From Eledone cirrhosa (taxonomy: Eukaryota), in assembly GCA_964016885.1 (NCBI GenBank), contig OZ024743.1, positions 35,588,001 to 35,652,000 on the forward strand: a DNA stretch of 64,000 bases, written 5' to 3'. The notes beneath the pieces are model-generated. The model searched no databases and was not told where the DNA came from. It saw only the letters and a program-made list of their open reading frames with translations. Position numbers and translations under genes: made by a program. Every line of letters starts with the position of its first letter. The stretch's first letter is position 1. Positions 1 through 13,098 of the stretch are shown in pieces.

Positions 1-44
1 CTACTATAAATGGTTCGATAAACAGTAAAAATCAACTAATATTC

Positions 45-498
<454 letters not shown>

Positions 499-554
499 CA
501 TACTAACAAATTCTTACTTAAGCTTAAAGAAACAATTGACCAGAGAATTTACGT

Positions 555-585
<31 letters not shown>

Positions 586-646
586 GTATGCTTGTATGTA
601 TGTATATATGTATGTACGTATATATGCAAGTATATATGTATGTATG

Positions 647-680
<34 letters not shown>

Positions 681-830
681 TGTATGTATGTATGTATGTA
701 TGTATGTATGTATGTATGTATGTACGTATATATGTAAGCATGTATGTATGTATGTATGTATGCATGTATGTATGTATGTATGTATATAATATATATATAT
801 ATGTCTGTGTGTATATGTGTGTGTGTACAC
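555..830. repeat. (TATG)n microsatellite
   Basis: Tandem TATG/GTAT units. Confidence 0.95.
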
Positions 831-1012
831 GTGTACTCATATCTGGGTAATGTTGCAGCTCTAAAGACACAGTGTACCAGAGAGATAGCAGAACTTGGAT
901 AAATCAATATGCTTTCTTTAACCGTGTCCATTGATGTGATTCCCACCCGTGCGCAGTCACCCTACACGCCAGGCTGATCTCAAACCACTGCCATGCTCAC
1001 ACACGCATATAT

Positions 1013-1866
1013 ACATGTATGTGTGAACACACTCACTCATACGGGTGCATACGTTTGTATATACATGCATGTGTAAACACACTCACTCATACGGATGCAT
1101 ACGATTGTATATATACATGCATGTGTAAACTCACTCACTCATACGGGTGCATACGTTTGTATATACATGTATGTGTAAACACACTCACTCATACGGATGC
1201 ATACGTTTGTATATACACATGTATGTGTAAACACACTCACTCATACGGATGCATACGTTTGTATATACATGCATGTGTAAACACACTCACTCATACGGGT
1301 GCATACGTTTGTATATACATGTATGTGTAAACACACTCACTCATACGGATGCATACGTTTGTATATACATGCATGTGTAAACACACTCACTCATACGGGT
1401 GCATACGTTTGTATATACATGTATGTGTAAACACACTCACTCATACGGATGCATACGTTTGTATATACATGTATGTGTAAACACACTCACTCATACGGAT
1501 GCATACGTTTGTATATACACATGTATGTGTAAACACACTCACTCATACGGGTGCATACGTTTGTATATACATGCATGTGTAAACACACTCACTCATACGG
1601 GTGCATACGTTTGTATATACACATGTATGTGTAAACACACTCACTCATACGGGTGCATACGTTTGTATATACATGTATGTGTAAACACACTCACTCATAC
1701 GGGTGCATACGTTTGTATATACATGTATGTGTAAACACACTCACTCATACGGATGCATACGTTTGTATATACATGTATGTGTAAACACACTCACTCATAC
1801 GGGTGCATACGTTTGTATATACATGCATGTGTAAACACACTCACTCATACGGATGCATACGTTTGT
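1013..1866. repeat. 50-bp minisatellite, about 17 copies
   Basis: Unit GTATGTGTAAACACACTCACTCATACGG(A/G)TGCATACGTTTGTATATACAT, with occasional 52-bp variants. Confidence 0.95.
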
Positions 1867-1908
1867 GTCCATAAATAAATTCATACTTAAACACACATAT
1901 TTACATAT

Positions 1909-2371
1909 ATGTGTATGTGTGTATGTATGTGTGTATCTGTGTATGTGTGTATGTATGTGTGTATGTGTTTATGTGTGTATGTGTGTATGTGTGTGTGTGT
2001 ATGTATGTGTGTATGTGTGTGTGTGTGTGTATGTGTGCATGTGTGTATGTGTGTGTATGTGTGTATGTGTGTGTGTATGTATGTGTGTATGTGTGTATGT
2101 ATGTGTGTGTGTATGTGTGTATGTATGTGTGTATGTGTTTATGTGTGTGTGTGTGTGTATGTATGTGTGGTGTATGTCTGTATGTGTGTATGTGTGTGTG
2201 TGTGTATGTATGTGTGTATGTGTGTGTGTGTATGTATGTGTGTATGTATGTGTGTGTGTATGTGTGTATGTGTGTATGTGTGTATGTATGTGTGTATGTG
2301 TTTATGTGTGTATGTGTGTATGTGTGGTATGTATGTATGTGTGTATGTGTGCATGTGTGTATGTGTGTGTA

Positions 2372-2405
<34 letters not shown>

Positions 2406-2741
2406 TGTGTGTATGTGTATGTGTGTATGTGTGTGTGTATGTATGTGTGTATGTGTGTATGTATGTGTGTGTGTATGTGTGTATGTGTGTATGTATGTGT
2501 GTATGTGTTTATGTGTGTGTGTGTGTGTATGTATGTGTGGTGTATGTCTGTATGTGTGTATGTGTGTGTGTGTGTATGTATGTGTGTATGTGTGTGTGTG
2601 TATGTATGTGTGTATGTATGTGTGTGTGTATGTGTGTATGTGTGTATGTGTGTATGTATGTGTGTATGTGTTTATGTGTGTATGTGTGTATGTGTGGTGT
2701 GTATGTATGTGTGTATGTGTGCATGTGTGTATGTGTGTGTA

Positions 2742-2779
<38 letters not shown>

Positions 2780-3301
2780 CATGTGTGTATGTGTATGTGT
2801 GTATGTGTGTGTGTATGTATGTGTGTATGTGTGTATGTATGTGTGTGTGTATGTGTGTATGTGTGTATGTATGTGTGTATGTGTTTATGTGTGTGTGTGT
2901 GTGTATGTATGTGTGGTGTATGTCTGTATGTGTGTATGTGTGTGTGTGTGTATGTATGTGTGTATGTGTGTGTGTGTATGTATGTGTGTATGTATGTGTG
3001 TGTGTATGTGTGTATGTGTGTATGTGTGTATGTATGTGTGTATGTGTTTATGTGTGTATGTGTGTATGTGTGGTGTGTATGTATGTGTGTATGTGTGCAT
3101 GTGTGTATGTGTGTGTATGTATGTGTGTGTGTGTGTGTGTGTATGTGTGCATGTGTGTATGTGTATGTGTGTATGTGTGTGTGTGTGTGTATGTGTGTAT
3201 GTGTGTATGTGTGTATGTGTGTGTGTGTGTATGTATGTGTGTATGTGTGTATGTGTGTGTGTGTGTGTGTATGTGTGTGTGTATGTGTGTGTGTATGTAT
3301 T

Positions 3302-3350
<49 letters not shown>

Positions 3351-3361
3351 GTGTGTGTGTA
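1909..3361. repeat. (TG)/(TGTA) compound microsatellite with an approximately 370-bp higher-order duplication
   Basis: Marker GTGTTTATGTG...GTGGTGTATGTCTG recurs at about 2139, 2509 and 2885. Confidence 0.9.
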
Positions 3362-3798
3362 GTACATGTGTCCGATTATATACACATACACAGGTGCATA
3401 CGAGTCTACATACTTGAGCTCACACTCAAGCAAGATATTCCTATACATGACCTATACTCATGCAGACAGATACATAGATATTTGCACATATACATATCTC
3501 TACACATACGTTTGCACTCGTGTCGAAGCACGTACATACCACACACGCACACATACACTCACACACACACCCGCACACACTAACACACGCACACACACAC
3601 ACACACACATATGTACCTACATATAGACTTATGCATATACACGCGCCTAAATACAAATGACTATTCAATCACTGTCACTCACATACACAAACATTTACAT
3701 ACACACACATACACTCACACACACACATTGATATACACACATTCACATACACACATTCACATACACACACATTCACATACATACACTCTCTCGCCTTC

Positions 3799-3802
<4 letters not shown>

Positions 3803-3840
<38 letters not shown>

Positions 3841-3970
3841 GGAAAGAGAGAGGGAGAGAGAACGAGAGACAGAGAGAGTGAAAGGAAGAAAGAGAGAGAG
3901 AGAAAGGAAGACAGAGAGAGAGAGAGAGAAAGGAAGAAAGAAAGAGAGAGGGAGGGAGAGAACATGAGAG

Positions 3971-4035
<65 letters not shown>

Positions 4036-4112
4036 GAAAGAGAGAGAGGGAGAAAGAGAGAGAGAGAAAGAGAGAGGGAGAAAGAGAGAGAGAGAGAGAA
4101 AGAGAGAGAGAG
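3803..4112. repeat. (GA)n purine-rich microsatellite
   Basis: GA runs with GAAA interruptions. Confidence 0.95.
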
Positions 4113-4440
4113 GGTGGTGGTGGTCTAGAATCAGTTCCTTTGATCGTGTTTACTGTGTCAAAAGTATTGATAATATTCTAAAGCATTATCGATCAGTAAC
4201 TATGCTACTACTACTCTACTACCACACTCCACCCGGACAGCTACTACTGTGCCCTCCCATCCTTATCACCCCCTAGCAATCAGCCAATTACCCAATCAGC
4301 CAGCCCCACCCATCACAATGTGCTACTAATCACGGCTAGATCGATGTCTATTTCATAGCTAACGCCATTTACTTAAAGCTCAACAGCCAGAGATTATCTG
4401 GAATGTTGTAATGGAGGCGGGAAGAAGGAAAGAAAGGATG

Positions 4441-4810
4441 GGCCGTCGTCGGTTTCAACGATGATTAAACCAGTTGTTTGATTAACGGGACAGCCTGCTC
4501 ATTAAATTATCGAGTAGCTGAGCATTCGACAGAGATGTGTATCCTTAACGTAATTCTCAGGGAGATTCAACGTAACACTGTGTGACAAGATTGGTCATGA
4601 AATTAACGAGTGGCCGGGCATTCGACAGACATGTGTACCCCTAATGTAATTCTCAGGGAGATTCAACGTGGCACTGTGTGCCAAGGCTGGTCACTTGAAT
4701 TTAACAAGTGGCCGAGCATTCGACAGACATGTGTACCCTAAACGTAAATCTCAGGGAGATTCAACGTGACACCGTGTGACAAGGCTGGTCATTTGAATTG
4801 CAGATACAGT
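4441..4810 (-). mobile_element. SINE 3' body fragment with an internal approximately 97-bp segment triplicated
   Basis: Reverse complement matches the body of the SINE at 6091-6398; GCATTCGACAGA..CTCAGGGAGATTCAACGT..GTGACAAG recurs at about 4520, 4616 and 4714. Confidence 0.8.
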
Positions 4811-4861
4811 GCATCCAACGGGCTTTCAAACAGTATCCGTCCACAAAATTCCATTTATAAC

Positions 4862-4973
4862 ATATGAGTCAACCCAAGGCTATGGTAACTGATAATTGCC
4901 CAAGATGTCACGCCGTGGGATCGAACCCGGGACTTAATGATTGTGAAGTAAAGTCCTTCACCGTTCGGCCATG
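4862..4973 (-). mobile_element. tRNA-derived SINE head (degenerate)
   Basis: GGGATCGAACCC is the reverse complement of a B box (GGGTTCGATCCC); A-box-like TGGCCGAACGG lies upstream on the minus strand; TTGCCCAAG core-like motif. Confidence 0.65.
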
Positions 4974-5179
4974 TTGTTTCCGCAATGGAGGTACACAGAA
5001 GTGTAGTCAGCTGTAATGGCAGGCTAGCATGGTGAGGTGTGTGTATGTGTACATGTGTATATGTGTGGGTGTCTTAATGTGTGTGTGAGTGCGTGCGCCT
5101 ATGTAGTAGTAGTAGTTGTGTGTGTATGCGTATGCCTGTGTAATAGTAGAAGTGGGTTTTTGTCTGTGTCTGTGTGTGT

Positions 5180-5585
5180 AGCTGTCTGTGATTGCATGGC
5201 TATATGTAAAATTGTCTGTGTGTGTATGTATGTGTATGTAGATGTGTGCTTGTCTGTGATTGCATGGTTATGTGTAAAATTGTATGTGTGTGTGTGTGTA
5301 TGTGTATGTAGATGTGTGCTTGTCTGTGATTGCATGGTTATGTGTAAAATTGTATGTGTGTGTGTGTGTATGTGTATGTAGATGTGTGCTTGTCTGTGAT
5401 TGCATGGTTATGTGTAAAATTGTATGTGTGTGTGTGTGTATGTGTATGTAGATGTGTGCTTGTCTGTGATTGCATGGCCATGTGTAAAATTGTATGTGTG
5501 TGTGTGTATGTGTATGTAGATGTGTTTTTGTCTGTGGAGACGTACGTCTATGTGTGATTGAATGGTTATGTGTAAAATTCTCTGT
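5180..5585. repeat. Approximately 70-bp TG-rich minisatellite, 5-6 copies
   Basis: Unit GTAGATGTGTGCTTGTCTGTGATTGCATGGTTATGTGTAAAATTGTATGTG... Confidence 0.9.
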
Positions 5586-5591
5586 GTGTAA

Positions 5592-5630
<39 letters not shown>

Positions 5631-6090
5631 TTTGTGGATGTATGTAGATATGTGTGTGTATGTGTTTCAGGATGTGTAGTTATGTTTGTCAGTTGATGTG
5701 TTTACTGTGTGTAGGTTATATGGGAGGCAGTTTGCTACACTGACGGTGTTGTGTGTGTGTGGAGCTGTGTGTGTATGTATGTATATCTGTGTGTGTGTGT
5801 GGAGCTGTGTGTATATGTATGTGTGTATATATGTGTGTGTGTATGTGTGTGTGTGTGTGGAGCTGTGTGTGTATGTATGTATATCTGTGTATATGTGTGT
5901 GTGTGTGTGTGCATGTGTATATGTATATGTGTTTGTGTGTGTGTGTGTAACGGTGAGTGTAAAGGAGTATGTATGTGTAGTGTGTGTGTGTTCAGTCAGT
6001 ACGTGTGTTGGTGGGTATCACGTGTGTCGTTTATATTCAGCTATATCGATAGAAAGGATGTTTGACAGTGTGTATATATGTGAGTGTGAA

Positions 6091-6398
6091 GGCATGTGGC
6101 TTGGTGGTTGGGGTATTAGGCGCACAATCGAAAGGTCGTGGGTTCGATTCCCGACGGCGCGTTGTGTCCTTCAGCAAGACACTTTATTTCACGTTGTTCC
6201 AGTCCACTCAGCTGACATAAATGAGTTGTACCTGTAATTCGAAGGATCAGCCTTGTCACGCTGAATCTCCCTGAGAACTACGTTAAAGATACACGTGTCT
6301 GTGGAATGCTCAGCCACTGGCATGTTAATTTCACGAGCAGGCTGTTCTGTTGATCGTATCAATTGGAACACTCGTCGTCGTAACCGATGGAGTGCCAT
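6091..6398 (+). mobile_element. tRNA-headed CORE-type SINE, near full length
   Basis: A box TGGCTTGGTGG (6097), B box GGTTCGATTCCC (6141), CORE-like TGTGTCCTTCAGCAAGACACTT...AAATGAG; body shared with 4441-4810. Confidence 0.8.
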
Positions 6399-6594
6399 CA
6401 AATCATACATGTGAGTGTACATGTTATATATGTGAGTGTACATGTATGTATGTGCCAGTTTATGTGGAAGTATCATGGTCAATGAGGTATATTAGGTTGT
6501 TGTGGTTCAGTGCCTGGTCGGCCCCATATCTATTGGAACAGCGCCTGTTCCAATAGATCTGGGGTCAAAGACTTTCCATTCCGTTTTTATTTCG

Positions 6595-6715
6595 TACATT
6601 CAAATCCCACCGAGGTTAACTTTGCCTTTCATCCTTACGGGGTCGATAAAATAAAGTACCAGTAATGCATTGGGATAATTGCTAGCCTTATGCCAAAAGT
6701 AGAAACAATAAATTA
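6595..6715 (+). mobile_element. SINE fragment (second family)
   Basis: CAAATCCCACCGAGGTTAACTTTGCCTTTCATCCTTACGGGGTCGATAAAATAAAGTACCAG, homologous to the copies at 14090-15505. Confidence 0.75.
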
Positions 6716-7042
6716 TCTAACTTGTTCATCTCTTTTTTAAAAGACAGTAGTGTGTCATATTTTGGGAAGATTTGGCAGTTATTTCTAGTTATTTTAGCCA
6801 CCTAATGATACTTAATGCAGATTTAACTTCAAACGTCCTGTACCATATGAAACCGCATTAGTAAGAGATTCTTGAAAAGTACAAAACGGCACTCTGTCAA
6901 CGTCACATTAAATATTCAAGTCTTCACTATAATACAGCAAATTTTCACAACGATCTGTGCACCATAAAAGGTACTATTACTATTTGAATTAACACATTCA
7001 TTTAAAGACATTTTCTGCTATATCATTACAACTACAATTAAC

Positions 7043-7215
7043 GGCAGCTAATTGGCAGAGTCATGAGAGTGTAAGTTGAACGTAATGCCTTGTGGTATTT
7101 ATTCCAATTCTGTACTTTGACTTCAAATTCTGCCAAGGTCAGCATTGCCGTTCATTCTTTTGGGATTGATTAAATATGTTCCAATCAAAGGTGGTAGATT
7201 TACGGTATTGTTAAA
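7043..7215 (+). mobile_element. SINE fragment (second family, diverged)
   Basis: TTGGCAGAGTC...TTCAAATTCTGCCAAGGTCAGCATTGCCGTTCATTCTTTTGGGATTGAT. Confidence 0.65.
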
Positions 7216-7592
7216 GTATATGACGAGATGCTTTTTGATATTTTCCTGCCTTTTTGTGTTCAGGAGTCTTGGATAATAGACTTTATCCGTCGTTCGGTTT
7301 AACGCCACCGCCCGGTCCTTGTGTACCTTTAGCGAAGTTTGCTCTACTGCACATAGGTTATCTTACGGATAGATGTAGCTGTCAGCCTGCTAGATCAGGG
7401 CTGAGTTCCTGCTAAACAACAATACAGATAACCAGGCTAACGGCACTAAGTCTAAAACTGACAACATCAACATTATCTCTAACACTACAACCATATTACT
7501 ATTACTGCCACACTACCACTATGATCTACACCACCATAACCAGCAGTGCTAACAACAAATAAAATAGGGGCTCTCTATATGGTCACTTAATC

Positions 7593-8019
7593 CAGACCTA
7601 CCAACCTCTAAAAACCCAAACGGGTTGTACCATGAAAAAAAGTGCCCCCAAACGGGGAGAAATGAGGCAAAATGGGGGAGATTTTACATAATGAAAGCTA
7701 TACCCATTTTCACAAGAGAAGACATCTCTCACCCACCTCAAAGTGGGTGGGAGATCTCCCCGTCGAACGGGGAGAGTTGACAGGTTTGTTAACATCACCA
7801 TCTATCCCTTGGTTGCTTTTAGTGGAGTTCATTCTGTTACAAGTACTTGAGCTAGGTTCCTGGCTTGAGAATAACTTCTTCCCAGAACTCAAGTTGAAAA
7901 GGAGTTGAAAATGATCATGGCGTTGCCCTCTTTTCCATAACTAAGCAGAAACAATTATCAATTTTATTTAATAATCGTTAGGAGATCTCCCTGTCGGACG
8001 GGGAGAGTTGACAGGTCTG
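7593..8019. mobile_element. hAT-like MITE with a duplicated right end
   Basis: TIRs CAGACCTACCAAC / GTTGACAGGTCTG; flanks CTTAATC / CTTGATC; internal second right-end copy at 7750-7788. Confidence 0.6.
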
Positions 8020-8227
8020 CTTGATCTGCTAAAAGAGCATCTAAGTCGCTCTTAAATCACACACTACTGTCTTTAAAACATGTAGGACACATTGGATAAT
8101 GTAATCTCAGATACGTTATGTGTTAAAACTATAGAGCATAGCCACTGCTGGAATGTCTTTGATCATAGGTCTGCTGTGTATTGCTGGTTTGGGACTGAAC
8201 AACAAAACTAACGATATCAACACAAAC

Positions 8228-8499
8228 CACTACTACCACCCATCACTTTCTCACTCACTCACCACCCCCACCCCCACCCCCACCACCACCACTTCAACCA
8301 TCACCAGCAGCAGCACCACCACCACCACAACCACAATCACCAGCACTTCAACCATCACCAGCAGCAGCACCACCACCACCACAACCACAATCACCAGCAC
8401 TTCAACCATCACCAGCACCAGCAGCGGCAGCAGCACCGCCACCACTACCACCACAACCACCACCACCACCACCACCACCACCACCACCAGCAGCAACAT

Positions 8500-8530
<31 letters not shown>

Positions 8531-8655
8531 ACCACCACCACCACCACCAACAGCAACAGCAACAGCACCAAGAATAAGAAGAGCATCATCATCATCATCA
8601 TCATCATCCATCATCATCATCCATCATCATCATCGTCGTCATCAGTAACAACATC
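8228..8655. repeat. (CAC)/(CAG)/(CAT) trinucleotide low-complexity tract
   Basis: Direct inspection. Confidence 0.9.
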
Positions 8656-9025
8656 ATTGAGAACCAGATATAAGAAGAACAACGGGATCAACGTGGCTAA
8701 ACAATAGAGACGCCATGCTATGTTATTTTTTATTGATAAACCATAAAACGGAAATGTTAGCTGACCTCTAGCGGTCATAGCAGGCGAAACTAACAATCAT
8801 CTCCCCAGACACTGACATTAATAAACAACAACAATATATATTCATTTAACGCATACATATGCTCATACTGATATAGTATGCACACACACACATAAACACA
8901 CATACACATATATACATACACACATATATACATACACACATATATATATCATATATACACATGTTCATATATACATACAATGATCGATGATGTATATATA
9001 CTATCTACACGCTCTATATATTTAT

Positions 9026-9126
<101 letters not shown>

Positions 9127-9329
9127 ATATGTGTGTATGTATATATATATATATATATACATATTCATTATTCAAGTATGAATGTGTATAAGTATGAAAT
9201 GCTTTTCCGATTTTCGACGATGAGTATTCACTTATTCAATTCAATGAACTATTTACCATTGAATTACTGCACAAGTGGTTGAGTATTCCACATACACTTG
9301 CACGCTTAGCATAATCCTAAGGCCGAACC

Positions 9330-10780
9330 AGTCAGACTGTTCCATTAATGGATTGTACTTGCAACTCCCTAACTATCCGTGTTCTTCCTGGTTCTGTGAA
9401 GCCCAGATTCTCAAGATTTGTATTGAGGCAGTTACTAACACACCCCAGAGCCCCAATAATCACAGTTATAAATCTGAAGGTATAATCAGGGTGGAGTATC
9501 TGCAGATTTTTTATTAGTTCTGCATAAATGTTCTTCTTTTCGCTAATCTTTAATATTATATTGGCATCTGCTGGGCAGCTAACCTCCACCACTGTGCATG
9601 CCTTCTTTTCCCTGTCCTATATCATTATATCAGGTCTATTATGTTTGTGTTTTATTGGGGTTTTGATTGGAACGTACCACCAGTACTCTTTCATATTATG
9701 TATGTATATGTCTTCCACATTGCTGTAACTTTTAATGTGTTTATTGTCGGGGCTATCTTTTCTATGGATTACATTGCATCATGCCTCATAGGTAGATAGT
9801 ACCGTGATGACATCTTTGGCCAACTGCTTATGACATAGGTGACCTCTTCAATATTAATTCTGCAGAGTCTGCACTTGTTGTCACATCTAGGTGTTTTGCC
9901 TGCATCTCTATCTCTTTTGTGTTTTAGATATTTTGTATTAATTTACTGTTCTTGGATTGCAAAAGCGTATCCTTCAAGTTGAGAGGTAATATAGTGGTTG
10001 TTGGTCCAAGATAGACTACTTTGCTTATTTATATCATTCTCACTCTGGAGCCTCCTGGTAACATATCCGTGCATGATTTTTTTTTCATCCATGGATTCAT
10101 TGCGGTATTGCTTGGCAATTTCCCTGGGTGTGAGTTTTCGATTATCATGCAATGAGTATTTTTTAAGGAGTTCCTTCCAAACTTTCATGATCTTATCTAC
10201 CTCATGTAGACAGTCTTGCTAAATAGATGGGCTCCTACACTTGGTGGTTTGTAGATGTTGTCGGATGGGGGGAGGGTATGCTGTGACACTCAAATGCTGT
10301 CTGGACTGATGTTAGGCCTCTGCCTCCCTGTTTACGTTTCAAGTAGAGGCGGTCTATGTCACTGTTGATGTGGAAGTTTCCGGTGTTGTTTAGGATTTTT
10401 CAGGTTTTGACATCAATAGCTCGGATTTAATCTATCGTCCAATCGAGTATTCCAAACGTTGGTGTTAGGACAGCCGCAGCAAACAAATTGTGAGTCACTG
10501 TTGTGCTCAGAGAGTTCCGTTGACCATATTTTTCTTAATCGGGTGTAATATTCCCTGGTTATGCGTTCCTTGTTACAGATACCATTATAGGATATGTTTT
10601 CATCTATCCCCAGGTATCTGTAGCAGTCCTCGTCAGATATCGGTGAAACAGTTAGGCCATTGATACAAATGTTGCTAGATTGGGTTGTAGTTTCTCCCCA
10701 CTTTACAGTCATTAATGGACATTTATCCTGGCCAAACTATATCCTTTGAGAACGTTGTAACCAGGTGAAGCTTTTCTTCA
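9330..10780 (-). mobile_element. 5'-truncated, decayed R4/Dong-clade RLE non-LTR retrotransposon (RT end, CCHC knuckle, restriction-like endonuclease)
   Basis: Translated motifs YRYLG, DIDRLYLKRKQGGRG, EGYAFAIQEQ, CRLC..E.VTYVISSW...YLPMRH, NRPDIMI*DREKKACTVVEVSCP, IIGALG; contains stops and frameshifts. Confidence 0.85.
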
Positions 10781-11017
10781 TATATGTGTATGTATGTATG
10801 TATGTATGTATGTGCGCGCGCGCGTGTGTGTATGCGTGTGTGTGTGTGTGTGTGGGTGGGTGTGTGTGTGTATGTGTGTGAAGGCATATGCAGGTGTGCA
10901 AATATATATGTCATTGCGTGTGTGGTTCTATACGTTTTGATCTACGCATAAATAGGTAAAACTTAAACTGTTAATATCTCGTTCCTGGATATGTCAATAT
11001 TTATAAAACAAACTTTG

Positions 11018-11078
11018 TATTTTATCTGATGAGAGCGTACCAAAGTTTTGGTACCCTTGAAATATATATAATAGAATA
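11018..11078 (+). ncRNA. Type I hammerhead ribozyme (minimal, Penelope-type)
   Basis: Stem I TATTTTAT/ATAGAATA, CTGATGA, stem II GAGCGTACCAAA/TTTGGTACCCTT, GAAA, palindromic TATATA stem III, AUA cleavage triplet. Confidence 0.75.
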
Positions 11079-11189
11079 AATATGGTTTTATAAATATAGT
11101 TTTCATTTATAAATATCATTGATATTATTGATATATATCATTGATATATATATATATATATATCATTGATATATATATATATATCATTG

Positions 11190-11217
<28 letters not shown>

Positions 11218-11220
<3 letters not shown>

Positions 11221-11244
11221 GTGTAACACCGGGTACCACTGCTA

Positions 11245-11245
<1 letters not shown>
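11218..11245 (+). mobile_element. Helitron 3' terminus stub
   Basis: GC hairpin CCCGTGTAACACCGGG 8 nt upstream of CTAG, followed by T. Confidence 0.65.
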
Positions 11246-11311
<66 letters not shown>

Positions 11312-11312
<1 letters not shown>

Positions 11313-11529
11313 TAGCAGTGATAAGGTATTTTTGATAAGGTATTTTGGAACGCGGGCCGCCAACAGACCTAAAACTGCATGCCTGGACAATAAACCGAAT
11401 ACCCTGATGGCTGGATAATCTTTAAGATTTTCCTCGATACAGCAGGAAAAATGCAGGTTTTCACCTAAGGGATCAAGAAAATTAATTTTTTTATGTGCAT
11501 AATATGTCTTGAAATTTCGGGAAAATCGG

Positions 11530-11616
<87 letters not shown>

Positions 11617-11639
11617 CACACACACACACACGCACACAC

Positions 11640-11685
<46 letters not shown>

Positions 11686-11726
11686 ACACACACACTTCCT
11701 CAGTTTTATATATATACATATGTAGA
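11312..11726 (-). mobile_element. Non-autonomous Helitron-like element with internal (CA)n
   Basis: Minus strand starts TC(TACATATGTATATATATAAAACTGAG) and ends CTAG, inserted between A and T; internal microsatellite. Confidence 0.65.
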
Positions 11727-12089
11727 TTAAAATAACAGATTAAAGTTTAAGCAAAGAATCGCTGCTTTCACCCTTAACTGGATCTTCTGAAACTAAAAAC
11801 ATCAATCTGTGAACGCAGAAGTAAATATTTCGAAAAACGTTGCAACCGAAGGAAAACAGGAAGACGATACTTTGGTTCGTGAAGACGTTCCCTGTTAAAG
11901 AACGGAAAATACCGAACATAATACGTCATCAATGTTCTTCAGAATGTCGTAATGCAGACAGCCAGGCATACAGACAGATATTATAAGAGCGCTACGGAGA
12001 TGGATAACCGGCGCCTATAACCACTTTAACAACAGAAAATTGAAAAATAAAAGCTGCAGTTAATATCTTTAGACCGCAAGGAATATATA

Positions 12090-12179
12090 AATGCAAGTTT
12101 AAAGTCAATCGGAGTAGAAATGTGGATTTGAATAGACTTTGCAAAAATGAGGACACACACACAGACAACAACAGTTTTA

Positions 12180-12190
<11 letters not shown>
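12090..12190 (-). mobile_element. Helitron-like 5' end fragment
   Basis: AAGTCAATCGG...ACACACACAGACAAC...CAGTTTTATATATA, the same architecture as 11510-11726. Confidence 0.4.
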
Positions 12191-12209
<19 letters not shown>

Positions 12210-12210
<1 letters not shown>

Positions 12211-12879
12211 TGTCCCAATAACTTTATTTAGTTATTGCTCGCACCAACCAGAGGTATATGATTTTTAAAGCGATGAAATACCAATGAAGGTTGGAAGAGC
12301 ACTGATGAAGGACTAATTTTATTCATATGTAACCCATGTGCAACCACGCAGCACCCCATTTTTCTTATATTTATATATTTTCCTCAGCTGCGATTGTCTG
12401 TTTCTGTTTTACTGCTTCCCCTCTCTCTGTATCTCTCACCTTCTTTTTACCCCCTCTGCCAGTCACACACTCTCGCTCAGCTGGCCTCTTCCTCGCACTT
12501 CCACTCACTCACTCTCTGCTTCTCTCCCTCTCTCACTTCCTCCCGTTTGACCTGTGTGAAATCCTTTTCTCGCTCACATCTCACCCAAGTCGGATGGTCT
12601 GTATCTCTCGTCCATGATTTCACCAAGCTTAAGCTACAGATATCATGTACTTGCCTCTTCCTATCTTTCCGTTGCAATACCATCTTTGTTTGTTTACATG
12701 TCTCGCTCGTTTCACCCTATTTTACTTGTCCCAATAACTTTATTTAGTTATTGCTCGCACCAACCAGAGGTATATGATTTTTAAAGCGATGAAATACCAA
12801 TGAAGGTTGGAAGATCACTGTTGAAGGACTAATTTTATTCATATGTAACCCATGTGCAACCACGCAGCACTCCATTTTT

Positions 12880-12886
<7 letters not shown>
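12210..12886. mobile_element. Non-autonomous element with 161-bp terminal direct repeats (516-bp period) inserted in (TA)n
   Basis: 12210-12370 vs 12726-12886 differ at about 3 positions; a diverged inverted relative lies at 31845-32270. Confidence 0.75.
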
Positions 12887-12973
<87 letters not shown>

Positions 12974-13098
12974 GGAAAAGAATGAAACGAAATTTCATTT
13001 CTCACTCTTAGTACGGCTGAAAAAAAAAGAAAAAAAAGGCGACGATGGTTGCCGAACACTGTACGGCGTAATTCGGTAATAAATGTTCGGTAATCCCA

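Noticed and set aside
845-1000. Possible coding exon in unique sequence (also 13610-13700)
   Set aside because: No recognisable protein similarity and no convincing splice-site pair
1013-1866. HHR fold in the 50-bp minisatellite
   Set aside because: No CUGANGA/GAAA arrangement on either strand; it serves as a negative comparison for the 49-bp satellite
6091-6160. tRNA gene
   Set aside because: The cloverleaf is degenerate and continues into a SINE body; the same applies to 28372-28445
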